A stretch of 64,000 nucleotides of DNA from an uncultured Oscillospiraceae bacterium (GCA_964509125.1 CAZDVZ010000001.1:7070-71069); one strand, 5' to 3'. Counted from the stretch's first letter, positions 26,891 to 38,542 are shown. Notes: generated by a model not told the origin, from the sequence alone. Made by a program: numbers and translations.

Positions 26891-29800
26891 TTTACAGAAT
26901 TTTAGGACGTTCAGGAAGCGGAAAAACCGAATATTTATTTCAGGCTTTAAAAAGCGCAAATACGGCGGGGAAAGAGTGCATATTGCTCGTTCCCGAACAG
27001 CAAAGTGTTTCCGCGGAAAGGGAGCTTTGCGCCCTTTTGGGCAGTCAATACAACCTTAAAACAGAAATATTAAACTTCGAAAGACTTCCCGACAGGGTGT
27101 TTCGCGAAAACGGCGGCGTTGCAATTTCCCGCGCTGACAGTAAAACCCTGTCTTTATTTACCGCCCTCGCTTGTGAAAATTCCAAAGAACGTCTTACTCT
27201 GTATGACAAAGCGTGCACAGACAAAGATTTTACAAAAAAAATATCACAAACAATAAAAAGAATGGAAAATAGCGGTGTTACGCCTAAAGCTTTGGCAGAT
27301 GCCGCTTCTCTTTTAGATGAAACGAGTCAAAAATTCAGAGAAAAGCTATGTGATATCGGAGAGATATTTTCGGAATACGAAGAAATTTTAAAAAAAGGCT
27401 ACGCAGATAGTGCCGGCATACAGAAAAAACTTTTGGAAAGTCTTGTTGAAAACAACTTTTTTGAAGGAAAAACCGTATTTATAGACGGATATTATAACTT
27501 CACCCCTGCAGAATATCCCATTGTTGAAATGATATTCAAAGGGGCAGAAGATACATATATAACAATTTTGTACGACAAAAAAGACAAAAGTGGAATATTT
27601 GATATTAATAAAGAGACTTTGTCTTTCACCGAAAGGGTTGGCAGAGGCACGAAGGACATTTATCCCAAAACTCCAAAAGAAAGAGCCGCTTCTCTTGATT
27701 TTTTAGAAAAAAACCTTTTTGCCGAAGAAAAAAAATATCCATTATCCGCAGAGGGGATCTCTGTTTTTCCTTGCAAAAATGTTTTTGAAGAAAGCGAATG
27801 TGCCGCAGAAGAGATATTACGTCTGGTGGAAAGCGGATATAGATACAAGGACATTGCTATATCCGTAAGAGACGAAAGCCGCTTTGAAGGAATATTGGAC
27901 AATGCGTTGAGCCGTCATGGCATTCCTTTTTATTCCGCAGAGAAGGACGAGCTTTCATCAAAAGAAATATCCACATTAATACTTTCGGTTTTGGAGATCG
28001 CATATACCGACTGGTCAACCTCCTCCGTTATAAAATATATAAATTCTTCTTTTGCTCCTCTCAGCGAAAAAGAAGCGGATCTGCTTTCCATTTATGCCGA
28101 AATTTGGAGAATAAAGGGAAGACGTTGGTATAATGGTGAAGAATGGCTTATGAATCCTTCGGGATACAAAGCCGAATTTAAAGACAGAGAAAAAGAAATG
28201 CTCGACACGGTAAACAAAGCACGTGAAAAACTTTTGTTTTACCTTGAACCGTGTATAAATGATTTAAAAAACCGCAACTTGACAATAACTAAGGGTGTGC
28301 GTGCATTATACAATCACTTGATACATATAAAGGCGGATGAAGCTTTGGAAAGGCGCGTCATCTCGTTAATGGAAAGCGGAGAAGATGACGAGGCGTCTAA
28401 GCTCTCATCGCTTTGGGACAACATTATGTCCATTTTGGACACGCTTTACGAAACGGCGGGAGACATAAAAACATCGCCCCGAAGACTTCACGACCTTATT
28501 AGGCTTATGATGGATGAGTACAAATTGGGAGCGTTACCTCCGTATTTTGATAATGTTGAAATAGGCAACGCCTCTATAATGCGTCCGTCCAAATGCAAGG
28601 CTTTGATAGTTTTGGGGGCAAATGACGGGGTTTTCCCCGCAACTCCGGACTCTTCCGGACTTTTTTCCGACTTTGAAAAGGAGTTTCTAAAAACCGTAGG
28701 TATTAATTCCGAAGTTTTGCCCGACGAACATATGAAGGGCGAGTTTCTATATTTTTACAACCTTTGTGCCGCGCCTAAAAATGAGCTTATTTTAACTTAT
28801 TCCCTATCCTCTATTTCAGGATCAGGAGAAAAGCCAAGTATGTTCATTGACATGGTAACCGGTATATTTGGGGACGATTGTAAGAAAAAATACGTTCCAA
28901 AACCCATACCGGCGGGAGACTGCGGAAACACATTTTCGGAAAATGTATTTATTTCTCCTTCCGCCCCCGATGTTTTGCGACTTTCCGCAAGTAAGATTGA
29001 AAAATATTTAAAATGCCCGTTTTCCTATTATTGCGAATATGTTTTATCTTTGAAAAAATATGAAAAAGCAGAGCTAAATGCAGGCGATGCGGGAACATAT
29101 TTTCATAAGATTATAGAACTTTTTACAAAAACATTATTTGAAACGGGAAGTTTTAAAGGAAAAACCGAAGAAGAAATTAAAAACATATACAACGAAGCAA
29201 AAACGAAATATATAAATGATGTATTTCACGGTCAAGGCAATGAAAGAGAAAAATATGCTTTTGAAAAGCATGAAAGCATAATCCTTCCATTGCTAAAAAG
29301 CATAAATGACGAATTTGCAAACAGCAAATTCGTCCCCATAAGCTTTGAAGAAAGAACATATTCCTCATATCCCATAACAGAAAAAACTTTAGCAAAATTA
29401 TCCGGAGCCGCAGACAGAGTTGATATTTTGGAAAAAGACGGCAAAAAATACATTCGAGTAATCGATTACAAAACCGGAAATAAAACCATCTGCGAAAACG
29501 ATGTTAAAAAAGGCTTTGAAATGCAGATGCTTACATACCTATTTGCACATTGCAAAAAAGACGAGATCCCTGCGGGAGTTTTATATCTTCTTTGCAGGCC
29601 TCCCGAAAAAGGGAGCGCTCCTTTTCCAAGAAACGGACTGATGCTGGAGCATGAAGCTGTTGTGGAATCCATGTCGTATTTAAAAGAAAATGGTCAATTT
29701 ACAGAAAAAAGCTTCAGAAGCGAAGAATGCTTTGAAGAATTGAAAAATGACATATGCCAAAATATTCAAAAAGTTGGAAATGACATTTTAGACGGTAAAA

Positions 29801-29892
29801 TGAGCATAGCTCCCAACACCGAGAGAAAAACATCCCCTTGTAAATTCTGTCAAGCAAAACCCTATTGCAGAAAAAAGCTTGAGAAGGAGTGA
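26887..29892 (+). CDS. addB: helicase-exonuclease AddAB subunit AddB
   Basis: MIYRILGRSGSGKTEYL (Walker A) and a C-terminal Cys cluster (CPFSYYC ... SPCKFCQAKPYC). The ATG overlaps the spoIIR stop (ATGA). Confidence 0.9.
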   Translation: MIYRILGRSGSGKTEYLFQALKSANTAGKECILLVPEQQSVSAERELCALLGSQYNLKTEILNFERLPDRVFRENGGVAISRADSKTLSLFTALACENSKERLTLYDKACTDKDFTKKISQTIKRMENSGVTPKALADAASLLDETSQKFREKLCDIGEIFSEYEEILKKGYADSAGIQKKLLESLVENNFFEGKTVFIDGYYNFTPAEYPIVEMIFKGAEDTYITILYDKKDKSGIFDINKETLSFTERVGRGTKDIYPKTPKERAASLDFLEKNLFAEEKKYPLSAEGISVFPCKNVFEESECAAEEILRLVESGYRYKDIAISVRDESRFEGILDNALSRHGIPFYSAEKDELSSKEISTLILSVLEIAYTDWSTSSVIKYINSSFAPLSEKEADLLSIYAEIWRIKGRRWYNGEEWLMNPSGYKAEFKDREKEMLDTVNKAREKLLFYLEPCINDLKNRNLTITKGVRALYNHLIHIKADEALERRVISLMESGEDDEASKLSSLWDNIMSILDTLYETAGDIKTSPRRLHDLIRLMMDEYKLGALPPYFDNVEIGNASIMRPSKCKALIVLGANDGVFPATPDSSGLFSDFEKEFLKTVGINSEVLPDEHMKGEFLYFYNLCAAPKNELILTYSLSSISGSGEKPSMFIDMVTGIFGDDCKKKYVPKPIPAGDCGNTFSENVFISPSAPDVLRLSASKIEKYLKCPFSYYCEYVLSLKKYEKAELNAGDAGTYFHKIIELFTKTLFETGSFKGKTEEEIKNIYNEAKTKYINDVFHGQGNEREKYAFEKHESIILPLLKSINDEFANSKFVPISFEERTYSSYPITEKTLAKLSGAADRVDILEKDGKKYIRVIDYKTGNKTICENDVKKGFEMQMLTYLFAHCKKDEIPAGVLYLLCRPPEKGSAPFPRNGLMLEHEAVVESMSYLKENGQFTEKSFRSEECFEELKNDICQNIQKVGNDILDGKMSIAPNTERKTSPCKFCQAKPYCRKKLEKE

Positions 29893-29897
29893 ATTTT

Positions 29898-32800
29898 ATG
29901 CCGGAAAATATTAAACACCCAAAATGGACTCCCTCTCAGAAGAGAGCAATAGATGAAAACGGATGTGAGCTTTTGGTTGCGGCCGGAGCGGGAAGCGGAA
30001 AAACCTCCGTTTTGACTCAACGTATAATGGAAAAAATTAAAAAGGGCAGTGATCTTGACGGCTTTCTTGTGGTTACTTTCACAAGTGCCTCTGCGGAGGA
30101 TATGAAGGAAAAACTCAGAAAAAAAATTTCTGAAGAAATACGCCTCTCACCTGAAAACAAACATCTTTCCAATCAACTCGCAAAGCTTCCTTTTGCTAAT
30201 ATTTGCACGATGAGCTCATATTGCTTAAAAATAGTTAAGCAGAATTTCACCATTCTTGATCTCTCCCCGTCCGTAAGAATAGCGGACGAAAGTGAGGCGG
30301 CGGAAATTTTCCAAAACGCCTTTGATGAGCTCCTTGACGAAAAATTTTCTCAAAAAGACAATTCTCTTTTTACCGTTTTAAACGAAAGTGCTTGTCTTGG
30401 AAAAGAAAACAAACTTTTCGAATACCTCACAACTATATACAAAAAATTAAGGGCACACCCAAGATACAGAGAAAAACTTTTAAATCTTTCGGACATTTTT
30501 TCTCAAAGCGCCGCTTCTTGCAAAGAGGGAAAATCCCCTTGGGATACTGAGCCGGGAAAGCTAATATCGAGCGCAGTGATTACTCTTTGCAACGATGCGG
30601 AAGAAGATGCAAAAGAACTTTTATACATGGGAGAAGAGTTCGGCGGAGAACTTTTGATTCGGTCAGAAAAGTTTTACTCTTTTTTCAAACGTGGAAAAGA
30701 TTTTGCCGTGGCAAAAGAATTTCTGAAAAGCGCAGAAGAGTTTAATAATGCCAAAAGCTATTATACAAACGGCTGGCGCGGAAGCACGGTTTTTTCAGGG
30801 GTTGACGAAGAAGAAAAAAAGGCGTATAATGTCCTGAGGGAATCGGCCAGAGATAAGGCAGTAAAGGCGGCAGATTTTCTTTCGGAAGCCGCACTCAAAA
30901 GCGAGGGAGATATAATTAAATGTGCAAAAATCACGGAAGGCATCAAAGATCTTATCCTTCGGCTTGACGAGATATATTTAGCTCTGAAAAAAGAAAAAGG
31001 CGTTTTGGATTTTACAGACGCAGAGCAATTTGCATTTCAACTTTTATTTAACGAAAACAATGAAAAATCTCAAATTTGTATGGATATCGCGGCGCATACA
31101 GATGAGGTTTTGGTTGACGAATATCAAGACACAAACCCGCTCCAAGATTCTATCTTTGCCGCGCTTGCGGACAAAAATAATCGATTTATGGTTGGCGACG
31201 ATAAACAGAGCATATACCGTTTCAGAAACGCTTATCCTGATATTTTCAATGGATATAAATCATCCTTCAATACGGAAAGGGCAAAATGTATTTTCTTGAG
31301 AGAGAATTTTCGTTGCTCAAAAGAAATAATAGATTTTACAAACGATATTTTCGGGTTTCTTTGGGGAGAAACATACAGAGCCGAACAGTTGATATTTGCA
31401 AAAAATGAAAGCAGAGAGACGCCCGTTACTGTTAAAACATTTATAAGCAAACTTAAAACAAAAGAAGCTCATGTTTTGGAAAGCAGATACATAGGTACAG
31501 AAATACTGCACCTCATGGAAAGCTACGTAAAAGAAGACGGAAGTCATCTGACGTACTCCGATATTGCCATATTGCTTCCCGTAACAAAAAACGTGGGAGA
31601 GATTTTTGCCTCAGAGCTTCGGAAAATGAACATACCGGTTGCATCGGGAAAGCCGGGACTTCTCACCGACACGCCTGAGATCAAGCTTATTGTTTCCATT
31701 TTAAGATCAATAAACAACCCTTTTGAAGACTTTTCTTTGGCGTCTGCCATGAATAGCTTCTTCTTCGATTTCTCTGCAGACGAATTGGTAAAAATAAGGA
31801 ACAATCGATCTTGTTCTCTTTACGAAAGCGTTGTAAAATATACCGAAAGCAGACGTTATTTCGGAAGCATGAAATTAAAGCAAAAGTCGGCCGCGAAGAA
31901 GAAAAAGAAAAATATTCACTTTATCAGACGTGAAAAAAAGCCGTTGAAAGAAAAATGCAGCGCTTTTTTAAAAAGGCTTTCGACCCTAAGAATTAAATCT
32001 CGTGAAATGGAGTGCAGAAAATTTGTTTGGTATCTTTACGAAACCGAAAAGTTGCTTTACAACATCCAATCACTCCCGGACAAAGAAATTAAAAAGGGGA
32101 ATTTGCTTCTCTTATACAGCGAAGCTATTTCTTTTGGGAAACGTGAACACAAAAGCCTTTCTTCGTTTTTAAAACATATAGAAAACCTTCAAACGGCGGC
32201 ATATTCTCCGGACGGCGCAAACGCCGTTTCTATAATGACGATACACTCATCCAAAGGACTTGAATTTCCGGTCTGCTTTTTAGCAAACGCGGGCAGAAGT
32301 CTTAATCTCTCGGCGGGGGGAGAAAAAGAGCCCATTGTTAACATTGACCGCGGAATTTTTATTCCTGTAAGAGATGGAGATCTGTATACAAGATATCCTG
32401 TTTTGTTTACATCGCAAGAAATTTCAGAAAAATCATCGGAGCTTGCGGAGAACAAGCGCAAGCTTTACGTGGCTTTAACAAGAGCTAAAGAAAAGCTTTA
32501 CATAGTGGGCACATCAAGCAGCGAAAAAGCTTTAAGCCGTCCGTCGCCCAAATTGTCATCAAGCTATTTATGTTGGATACATTCCTCTCATCCACAAGGC
32601 GATTATTCAGTTGAATTTGTTTCGTCGTTGGAAGAAATCCAAGAGGCATCCAAACCCGAACCCTTAAAACAAAGCATATTTTTTGAAGAAAAAACATTTA
32701 CATATCCTTATGAAAAAGTTCCCGGAAAACTTTCGGTTTCACAACTTGAAAGTATATCTTCAAAGGAATATAAACAAACGGTAAAGAAAAAGGATTTTCT

Positions 32801-33347
32801 TTCCGTGCCCCGATTTGCCTCCGCCTCCCAAAAAGTATCTGCCGCCGAAATCGGAACGGCAAACCACACTTTTATGCAGTTTGCTTCGTTTGAAAATTGC
32901 ATTTCACTTGGGGTGGAATACGAAGGTGAACGACTTCTTTTGACCAATATGATAACCGATGAACAATATGGAATGCTGAATTTTAAAAATCTGAAAGGCT
33001 TTTTCCAAAGCTCGCTTTGGAAACGAATAAAAAATTCACCAAAGATTTTCCGAGAAAAAAGATTCACCATCTCCCACAATTCAAAAGATCTTTTGGGGAC
33101 AGGGAACGACGAAATTTTGGTTCAGGGTGTTATCGATTTGTTTTTCGAAAATCCAGATGGTACGTACACCGTTGTGGATTACAAAACAGACAAAGCAAAA
33201 GAGGGCGACGAAAACATTCTTTCGGAAAGATATAAAGGTCAGCTTTCTTACTATGCAAAAGCCGTGCGTGAAATGACGGGAAAAGATGTGACCGACGTTA
33301 TTATTTATTCATTCTCCATTGGAAAAGAGATAAAAGTAAAGCTTTAA
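29898..33347 (+). CDS. addA: helicase-exonuclease AddAB subunit AddA
   Basis: UvrD-type motifs AGAGSGKT, VDEYQDTN and IHSSKGLEF, a RecB-type nuclease end (GVIDL...VDYKTD), and an RBS GAGAAGGAG upstream. Confidence 0.92.
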   Translation: MPENIKHPKWTPSQKRAIDENGCELLVAAGAGSGKTSVLTQRIMEKIKKGSDLDGFLVVTFTSASAEDMKEKLRKKISEEIRLSPENKHLSNQLAKLPFANICTMSSYCLKIVKQNFTILDLSPSVRIADESEAAEIFQNAFDELLDEKFSQKDNSLFTVLNESACLGKENKLFEYLTTIYKKLRAHPRYREKLLNLSDIFSQSAASCKEGKSPWDTEPGKLISSAVITLCNDAEEDAKELLYMGEEFGGELLIRSEKFYSFFKRGKDFAVAKEFLKSAEEFNNAKSYYTNGWRGSTVFSGVDEEEKKAYNVLRESARDKAVKAADFLSEAALKSEGDIIKCAKITEGIKDLILRLDEIYLALKKEKGVLDFTDAEQFAFQLLFNENNEKSQICMDIAAHTDEVLVDEYQDTNPLQDSIFAALADKNNRFMVGDDKQSIYRFRNAYPDIFNGYKSSFNTERAKCIFLRENFRCSKEIIDFTNDIFGFLWGETYRAEQLIFAKNESRETPVTVKTFISKLKTKEAHVLESRYIGTEILHLMESYVKEDGSHLTYSDIAILLPVTKNVGEIFASELRKMNIPVASGKPGLLTDTPEIKLIVSILRSINNPFEDFSLASAMNSFFFDFSADELVKIRNNRSCSLYESVVKYTESRRYFGSMKLKQKSAAKKKKKNIHFIRREKKPLKEKCSAFLKRLSTLRIKSREMECRKFVWYLYETEKLLYNIQSLPDKEIKKGNLLLLYSEAISFGKREHKSLSSFLKHIENLQTAAYSPDGANAVSIMTIHSSKGLEFPVCFLANAGRSLNLSAGGEKEPIVNIDRGIFIPVRDGDLYTRYPVLFTSQEISEKSSELAENKRKLYVALTRAKEKLYIVGTSSSEKALSRPSPKLSSSYLCWIHSSHPQGDYSVEFVSSLEEIQEASKPEPLKQSIFFEEKTFTYPYEKVPGKLSVSQLESISSKEYKQTVKKKDFLSVPRFASASQKVSAAEIGTANHTFMQFASFENCISLGVEYEGERLLLTNMITDEQYGMLNFKNLKGFFQSSLWKRIKNSPKIFREKRFTISHNSKDLLGTGNDEILVQGVIDLFFENPDGTYTVVDYKTDKAKEGDENILSERYKGQLSYYAKAVREMTGKDVTDVIIYSFSIGKEIKVKL

Positions 33348-33360
33348 GAAAGGTCTAAGT

Positions 33361-35262
33361 ATGACTAAAAAAATTTTTTCTATGTTTTTTATATTCGCTT
33401 TGGTAATATGCGGATGCGCGCCTGACGCCGATGGAACATCAACTATAAACGAATATGAATCAAGCGGACCTACGATTGACGAAAACGGGGCGTCTTCCAT
33501 CACAGATCCGTTAAACGATAAAAGCGTTGAAGAAATTCTATCATCTATGACTTTGGACCAAAAGATAGGTCAGATGCTAATGCTTTCCATACGTTCGTGG
33601 GATGATTCGCCTGTCAATTCCACTATCCCTTCTGACTTGCAGGAAATGATCTCCAAATATTACGTTGGAAATATTATTCTTTTCGCGGAAAATTTCTCGA
33701 CGGTTGAAGATACCGTAAAACTGACTTCATCCCTCCAAAATGCTCTTGATATTAATATTCCCATGTTTATTTCCGTTGATCAAGAGGGCGGAAACGTAGT
33801 GCGGCTTTCGGAAGGTTGTTCCCTTCCCGGAAACATGGCACTCGGCGCAATAGGTTTGGAAGAAAGTTCATATACTGCAGGAGTGATTACAGGGAAACAG
33901 CTTTACGCTTTGGGAGTAAATACAAATTTTGCGCCCTCTCTTGATGTTAACAACAATCCGCAAAATCCGGTAATTAATATACGGTCTTTTTCTGAAGATC
34001 CAACTATAGTAGCGTCCTTGGGATCTGCAATGATCAGCGGTATTCAAAGCCAAAATGTTTCTGCCTGCGCAAAACATTTTCCGGGTCACGGCGACACGCA
34101 AACGGATTCTCATGTGGGACTTCCAACCATATACAAAACCCTTGAAGAACTTCAAAGCACAGAGCTTATTCCTTTTCAAAGCGCAATAGATTCGGGAATC
34201 GACATGATAATGACGGGACACATTCAATTTCCCCAAATAGAACATAAGAAAATAAATGATATTTTCGTCCCCGCCACTCTTTCTCAAAAAATTATTACCG
34301 AAATTTTGAAAGAAGAAATGGGGTTTGATGGTGTTGTTGTTACCGACTCTTTGCAAATGGACGCAATATCCCAAAACTTTTCTACGGAAGAAGGAGCAAT
34401 TTTATCAATAGCGGCGGGCGCTGATATTTTGCTCATGCCCCTTTCTGTCCTCAATGCGGGAGAAACAGAAAAACTGGAAGCGCTCATTGCATCTATAAAA
34501 AATGCGGTGGAAACAAACAGAATATCCGAGGAAAGAATTAACGACGCAGTTACACGCATACTCAAAGTAAAAAAAACACGAAACCTTTGGGAAGTATCAA
34601 AAGTAAATATAGAAGAAAAAATTTCTTCGTCACTTTCTGTAATAGGAAATGCAGAAGATAAAGCAACCGAAAGAGAGCTTGCCTCAAAAGCCATAACTGT
34701 GCTTGAAAATAAAACAGGAGAGCTTTTTTCAAGCCTTTCGCAAAACGGAAATGTGCTTTTTTGCGTTCCGTCGGAAAGCATAAAAACAAATGTTGAATTT
34801 GCCATAGAGAGATTAAAAAAAGAAAACTCTTTTGATTTAAATTATAATGTTCGCATATACGACCAAGAAAAATCCACAAAAGGACTTGATGTCACATCAT
34901 TCGACGGAGTTATAGTTTTTACAGACACGACTTCCTCATGGAAAGTAAGCGGAGCTGTGGAAATATACGACAAAGCAAGGTTAAAGGGAGTTCCCGTAGG
35001 CGTAGTGAGCTGCAGGCTGCCTTATGACGCATCATTATTTACAGCAGCGGACTGCCTTTTAGTGTGCTACTGCCCCAAAGGCGATGCTCCACAAAACGAA
35101 ACCTCTGCCTTCGGCGTAAACATCCCCGCCGCTATAGAAGTAATCTTTGGCGTATCTCAAGGAGAAGGAAAACTTCCCGTCACCATATTCAAAACCTCAT
35201 CAAACGGAACTATAGATTTTAACACTGTAATTTATCCTTTGGGTTTTAGCCAAATGGGATAG
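33361..35262 (+). CDS. glycoside hydrolase family 3 lipoprotein (beta-N-acetylhexosaminidase-like)
   Basis: Lipobox LVICGC. Motifs KHFPGHGDTQTDSH and GFDGVVVTDSLQM. Confidence 0.85.
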   Translation: MTKKIFSMFFIFALVICGCAPDADGTSTINEYESSGPTIDENGASSITDPLNDKSVEEILSSMTLDQKIGQMLMLSIRSWDDSPVNSTIPSDLQEMISKYYVGNIILFAENFSTVEDTVKLTSSLQNALDINIPMFISVDQEGGNVVRLSEGCSLPGNMALGAIGLEESSYTAGVITGKQLYALGVNTNFAPSLDVNNNPQNPVINIRSFSEDPTIVASLGSAMISGIQSQNVSACAKHFPGHGDTQTDSHVGLPTIYKTLEELQSTELIPFQSAIDSGIDMIMTGHIQFPQIEHKKINDIFVPATLSQKIITEILKEEMGFDGVVVTDSLQMDAISQNFSTEEGAILSIAAGADILLMPLSVLNAGETEKLEALIASIKNAVETNRISEERINDAVTRILKVKKTRNLWEVSKVNIEEKISSSLSVIGNAEDKATERELASKAITVLENKTGELFSSLSQNGNVLFCVPSESIKTNVEFAIERLKKENSFDLNYNVRIYDQEKSTKGLDVTSFDGVIVFTDTTSSWKVSGAVEIYDKARLKGVPVGVVSCRLPYDASLFTAADCLLVCYCPKGDAPQNETSAFGVNIPAAIEVIFGVSQGEGKLPVTIFKTSSNGTIDFNTVIYPLGFSQMG

Positions 35263-35282
35263 CTCGTAGAAAGGAAAAAAAC

Positions 35283-37943
35283 GTGGCAACAAAAAAACAA
35301 TCTTTCAAAAAAACGGGTGCAAAAACAAAAGGGAAAGCCGCAAAAACATCCGCAGAGAAAAAAACCTCTTCTAAAAACGCATCAGAAAAAGGCGAAGTGA
35401 GGCTTGAAAAGCTTCATGGGAATTATTTAATATTGGTGCTTGTTTTTGCACTTTTCGGTGCAATTATTTTCTTGTCAATGCTGGTGAGCTTGGTTTCTTT
35501 TTTCACAAATGAAACAGCTCTTTTGGGATATCTTACAAAACCGTTTTTGGGATTATGGGGAATCTGTACTCCTTTTATTGGCATTTACTCTATTGCCTAT
35601 TCCTATTTTTGCTATAAATACAGAGATGACGGCTCGGTAAGGGCGGCAAAAGGTATGCTTTTGGTTCTTAACCTAATATTCCTTTTGGGTACTCTACATC
35701 TTTTGTACAATATTTTAATCTCAGAAGTTCCGGAAAATGTAAAAGAATATTGGAATTATGGATTGAAATGGCAAGGGGGCGGGTTGATGGGCGGATGCAT
35801 AGGTTGGTTTTTAAGTAAGCTTTTGCATAGATCCGTAGGTCTTGTTGTGGGAATTGTTACATATGCTATTTGTCTCACATTCTTTTGCGGAAGCTCGCCC
35901 GTTGGACTTTTTAGAAAAGCCAAACACAAAGCACGCAACCTTGTGGGATATATTTCTCAAAAGACAAAGCAATCTATGAATGAGATTTTTGAAGACGAAG
36001 AAGTACCTATAAAAGAAACAAAGCCTTCAAAAGAAACCAAAAAAGCCGTTGCAGAAAAGCCGACACGCGTAACCGATTCCATTAATGAAGAAACTTTGGA
36101 AAACAAGAATGCCGCGCAAAAAAAGGAAGAAGAAAAAACCGTTATTACACCTTCCCTTTATGTTCCGGACAGCATTTACGATGCGCCCAATCCATATACA
36201 GCGGCCGTAAATGACGCCGAGCCTTCCACAGAAGAAAAAGAACCGGTTAAAAACAAATTTGGATTTAAAATGGGAAGAGAGGCACGAGACGAAAACGGCG
36301 AGATACCGCAAGACGTTCCCGTTAAGACTGAAACATCGGATATTGATGAAAATCAGGTTGGGGAAGAAATTGAAGAAATTGAAGTTGAAGGAAGAGAGTT
36401 CATTCCATCCGAAGAAGAAGAAAACGCCCCTCCTGTGTATATATTTCCCCCGATTGAGCTTTTGGAGCGCGGAAAGGAAGAAACTACTTTCAATACAAAC
36501 GAGGTTGAACAAAAAAGACGAATACTGCTTGCCACCCTGGAAGCTTTCAAGGTTAAAGCCGATGTTGTTAACATTAGTTGCGGCCCAACTATTACGAGAT
36601 ATGAAATAGAGCCTGAAATGGGCGTCAGTGTTAAATCCATCGAAAAGTTGGGCAAAGATCTGGCACTCAGGCTTGCCGCAAAATCGCTTCGTATAGAAGC
36701 GCCCATTCCGGGAAAATGCGCCGTTGGTATTGAGGTTTCCAATACAGACCGTCTCACGGTAAAACTTCGTGACATCTTAGATTCCCCTGTTTTCAGAGAT
36801 CACAAAAGCAAGCTTTTCTGCTGTTTAGGCGTAGATGTTGCAGGTAATGCGGTTTATTTCGACATTCCTAAAATGCCGCACTTGCTAATTGCAGGTGCTA
36901 CAGGTATGGGCAAATCCGTTTGCCTTAACTGCATTATTATATCGTTATTATACAGAGCAACGCCACAGGATGTAAGGCTCATCCTTATAGACCCCAAAAA
37001 AGTTGAATTCAGTCATTACGCAGACCTTCCCCACCTTTTAGCACCCGTTGTTACAAACATTAACAAATGCGCAGGAACGCTTAACTGGGCAGTTGCGGAA
37101 ATGGAGCGCAGATACGACTTATTTGAAGCCCACAGTCTGAGAAACTTAGAAGAATATCAAGCTCAAACAGCAGACGATCCCGAAAGCGAAAAGTTGGCAT
37201 CTATTGTCATTGTTATCGACGAGCTTGCGGATCTTATGATGCAAGCGGGAGCGGAGGTTGAAAACTCAATTTGCCGCCTCGCTCAAAAAGCACGTGCCGC
37301 GGGTATGTATCTTATTTTAGGCACTCAAAGACCGTCCGTTGACGTTATCACAGGCTTGATCAAGGCAAACATTCCCTCAAGAATCTCCCTTGCTGTTACA
37401 TCTCAAGTGGATTCAAGAACTATCCTTGACTCTGCGGGCGCAGAAAATCTTCTTGACAAAGGTGACATATTGTTCGCCCCCGCAGGCGCAAGAAAAGCGC
37501 TTCGTGTTCAAGGTGCATTTGTAAGCACAAAAGAGCTTAACTCTATTTGTGACTTTGTAAGAAGCAACTCCACTTCCAAATATGACGAAAATGTTATCGC
37601 AAGAATTAATGAAGAAGCGGAACAATGCGGTAAAAACAAAAAAGGCAAGGCTTCAGAATCCGCTGAAAAACCCGAAGCGGACACAAAAGATCTTGAGCTT
37701 ATGATAGCCGCTTTGGACGTAGGTTTTGAACAAGGCACGATTTCTACATCTTATATTCAAAGAAGACTCTCCTTTGGTTATGCAAAAGCGGCAAGGGTTG
37801 TGGATCTTCTTCAGCAAAACGGCTTTGTAAGCCCGCCGGATCCCGTTAATAAGCTTAGAAAAATAATTATTTCTCCACAAGAATTTGCGGAGCTTAAACT
37901 CAATCGCAATTCTCCCGACAAAAAAGAAGGAGGCACAGAATGA
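35283..37943 (+). CDS. ftsK: DNA translocase FtsK/SpoIIIE
   Basis: N-terminal TMs, a long linker, motor domain GATGMGKSV and VIVIDELADLM, and a C-terminal winged-helix gamma domain. GTG start. Confidence 0.92.
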   Translation: MATKKQSFKKTGAKTKGKAAKTSAEKKTSSKNASEKGEVRLEKLHGNYLILVLVFALFGAIIFLSMLVSLVSFFTNETALLGYLTKPFLGLWGICTPFIGIYSIAYSYFCYKYRDDGSVRAAKGMLLVLNLIFLLGTLHLLYNILISEVPENVKEYWNYGLKWQGGGLMGGCIGWFLSKLLHRSVGLVVGIVTYAICLTFFCGSSPVGLFRKAKHKARNLVGYISQKTKQSMNEIFEDEEVPIKETKPSKETKKAVAEKPTRVTDSINEETLENKNAAQKKEEEKTVITPSLYVPDSIYDAPNPYTAAVNDAEPSTEEKEPVKNKFGFKMGREARDENGEIPQDVPVKTETSDIDENQVGEEIEEIEVEGREFIPSEEEENAPPVYIFPPIELLERGKEETTFNTNEVEQKRRILLATLEAFKVKADVVNISCGPTITRYEIEPEMGVSVKSIEKLGKDLALRLAAKSLRIEAPIPGKCAVGIEVSNTDRLTVKLRDILDSPVFRDHKSKLFCCLGVDVAGNAVYFDIPKMPHLLIAGATGMGKSVCLNCIIISLLYRATPQDVRLILIDPKKVEFSHYADLPHLLAPVVTNINKCAGTLNWAVAEMERRYDLFEAHSLRNLEEYQAQTADDPESEKLASIVIVIDELADLMMQAGAEVENSICRLAQKARAAGMYLILGTQRPSVDVITGLIKANIPSRISLAVTSQVDSRTILDSAGAENLLDKGDILFAPAGARKALRVQGAFVSTKELNSICDFVRSNSTSKYDENVIARINEEAEQCGKNKKGKASESAEKPEADTKDLELMIAALDVGFEQGTISTSYIQRRLSFGYAKAARVVDLLQQNGFVSPPDPVNKLRKIIISPQEFAELKLNRNSPDKKEGGTE

Positions 37944-38527
37944 AAAAATTAGTATCCATTTTTGTTGCAATTATTTCGATTTTTCTTGTTTCATGCTCGT
38001 CACCTGTAAATTACACAGTAGACAAAGAGCATAAAGCAAAGATGGAAGTCATATATAATATGATAAACGGTCTGATAGAAGAAGATGAGGAAACTTATTT
38101 AAAAGCCTTTGAGAGCGATTATATTGAAAACGTGAAAAAGACTTTTGATACGTTGGGAGCAGAGTATTTCTCTAATATCATCGGGAATGGATACATGGGC
38201 GCAGATGACTTTGATGGCTTTGTAAAATCTTTTTTCACTCAAAACAGTGACGCTTTAAAGATGAATTATGGCGAAGACGTAAAAGTGGACCTTTCTTTTG
38301 AATCCGTTTCGGAAACATCTATAGATTCTTTGGCAACATTTATTGATGATTATTCCATATCATACCAACTTCCCAAGGAAAATATTAAAACCGTCTGGAA
38401 TACATCGGTGAAATTTGAAGTAAAAGGCAGTGAAAATGAAAATGAATCTGTTTATAACTTTATTATTTTAGAACTTAAAGACGGAAATTTTGTGCTTCAT
38501 CCTCAAAGCTTCTTGTTTACATTCTAA
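37940..38527 (+). CDS. lipoprotein of unknown function
   Basis: Lipobox FLVSCSS. The ATG overlaps the ftsK stop (ATGA). Confidence 0.65.
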   Translation: MKKLVSIFVAIISIFLVSCSSPVNYTVDKEHKAKMEVIYNMINGLIEEDEETYLKAFESDYIENVKKTFDTLGAEYFSNIIGNGYMGADDFDGFVKSFFTQNSDALKMNYGEDVKVDLSFESVSETSIDSLATFIDDYSISYQLPKENIKTVWNTSVKFEVKGSENENESVYNFIILELKDGNFVLHPQSFLFTF

Positions 38528-38542
38528 GAAAGGATTTGATTT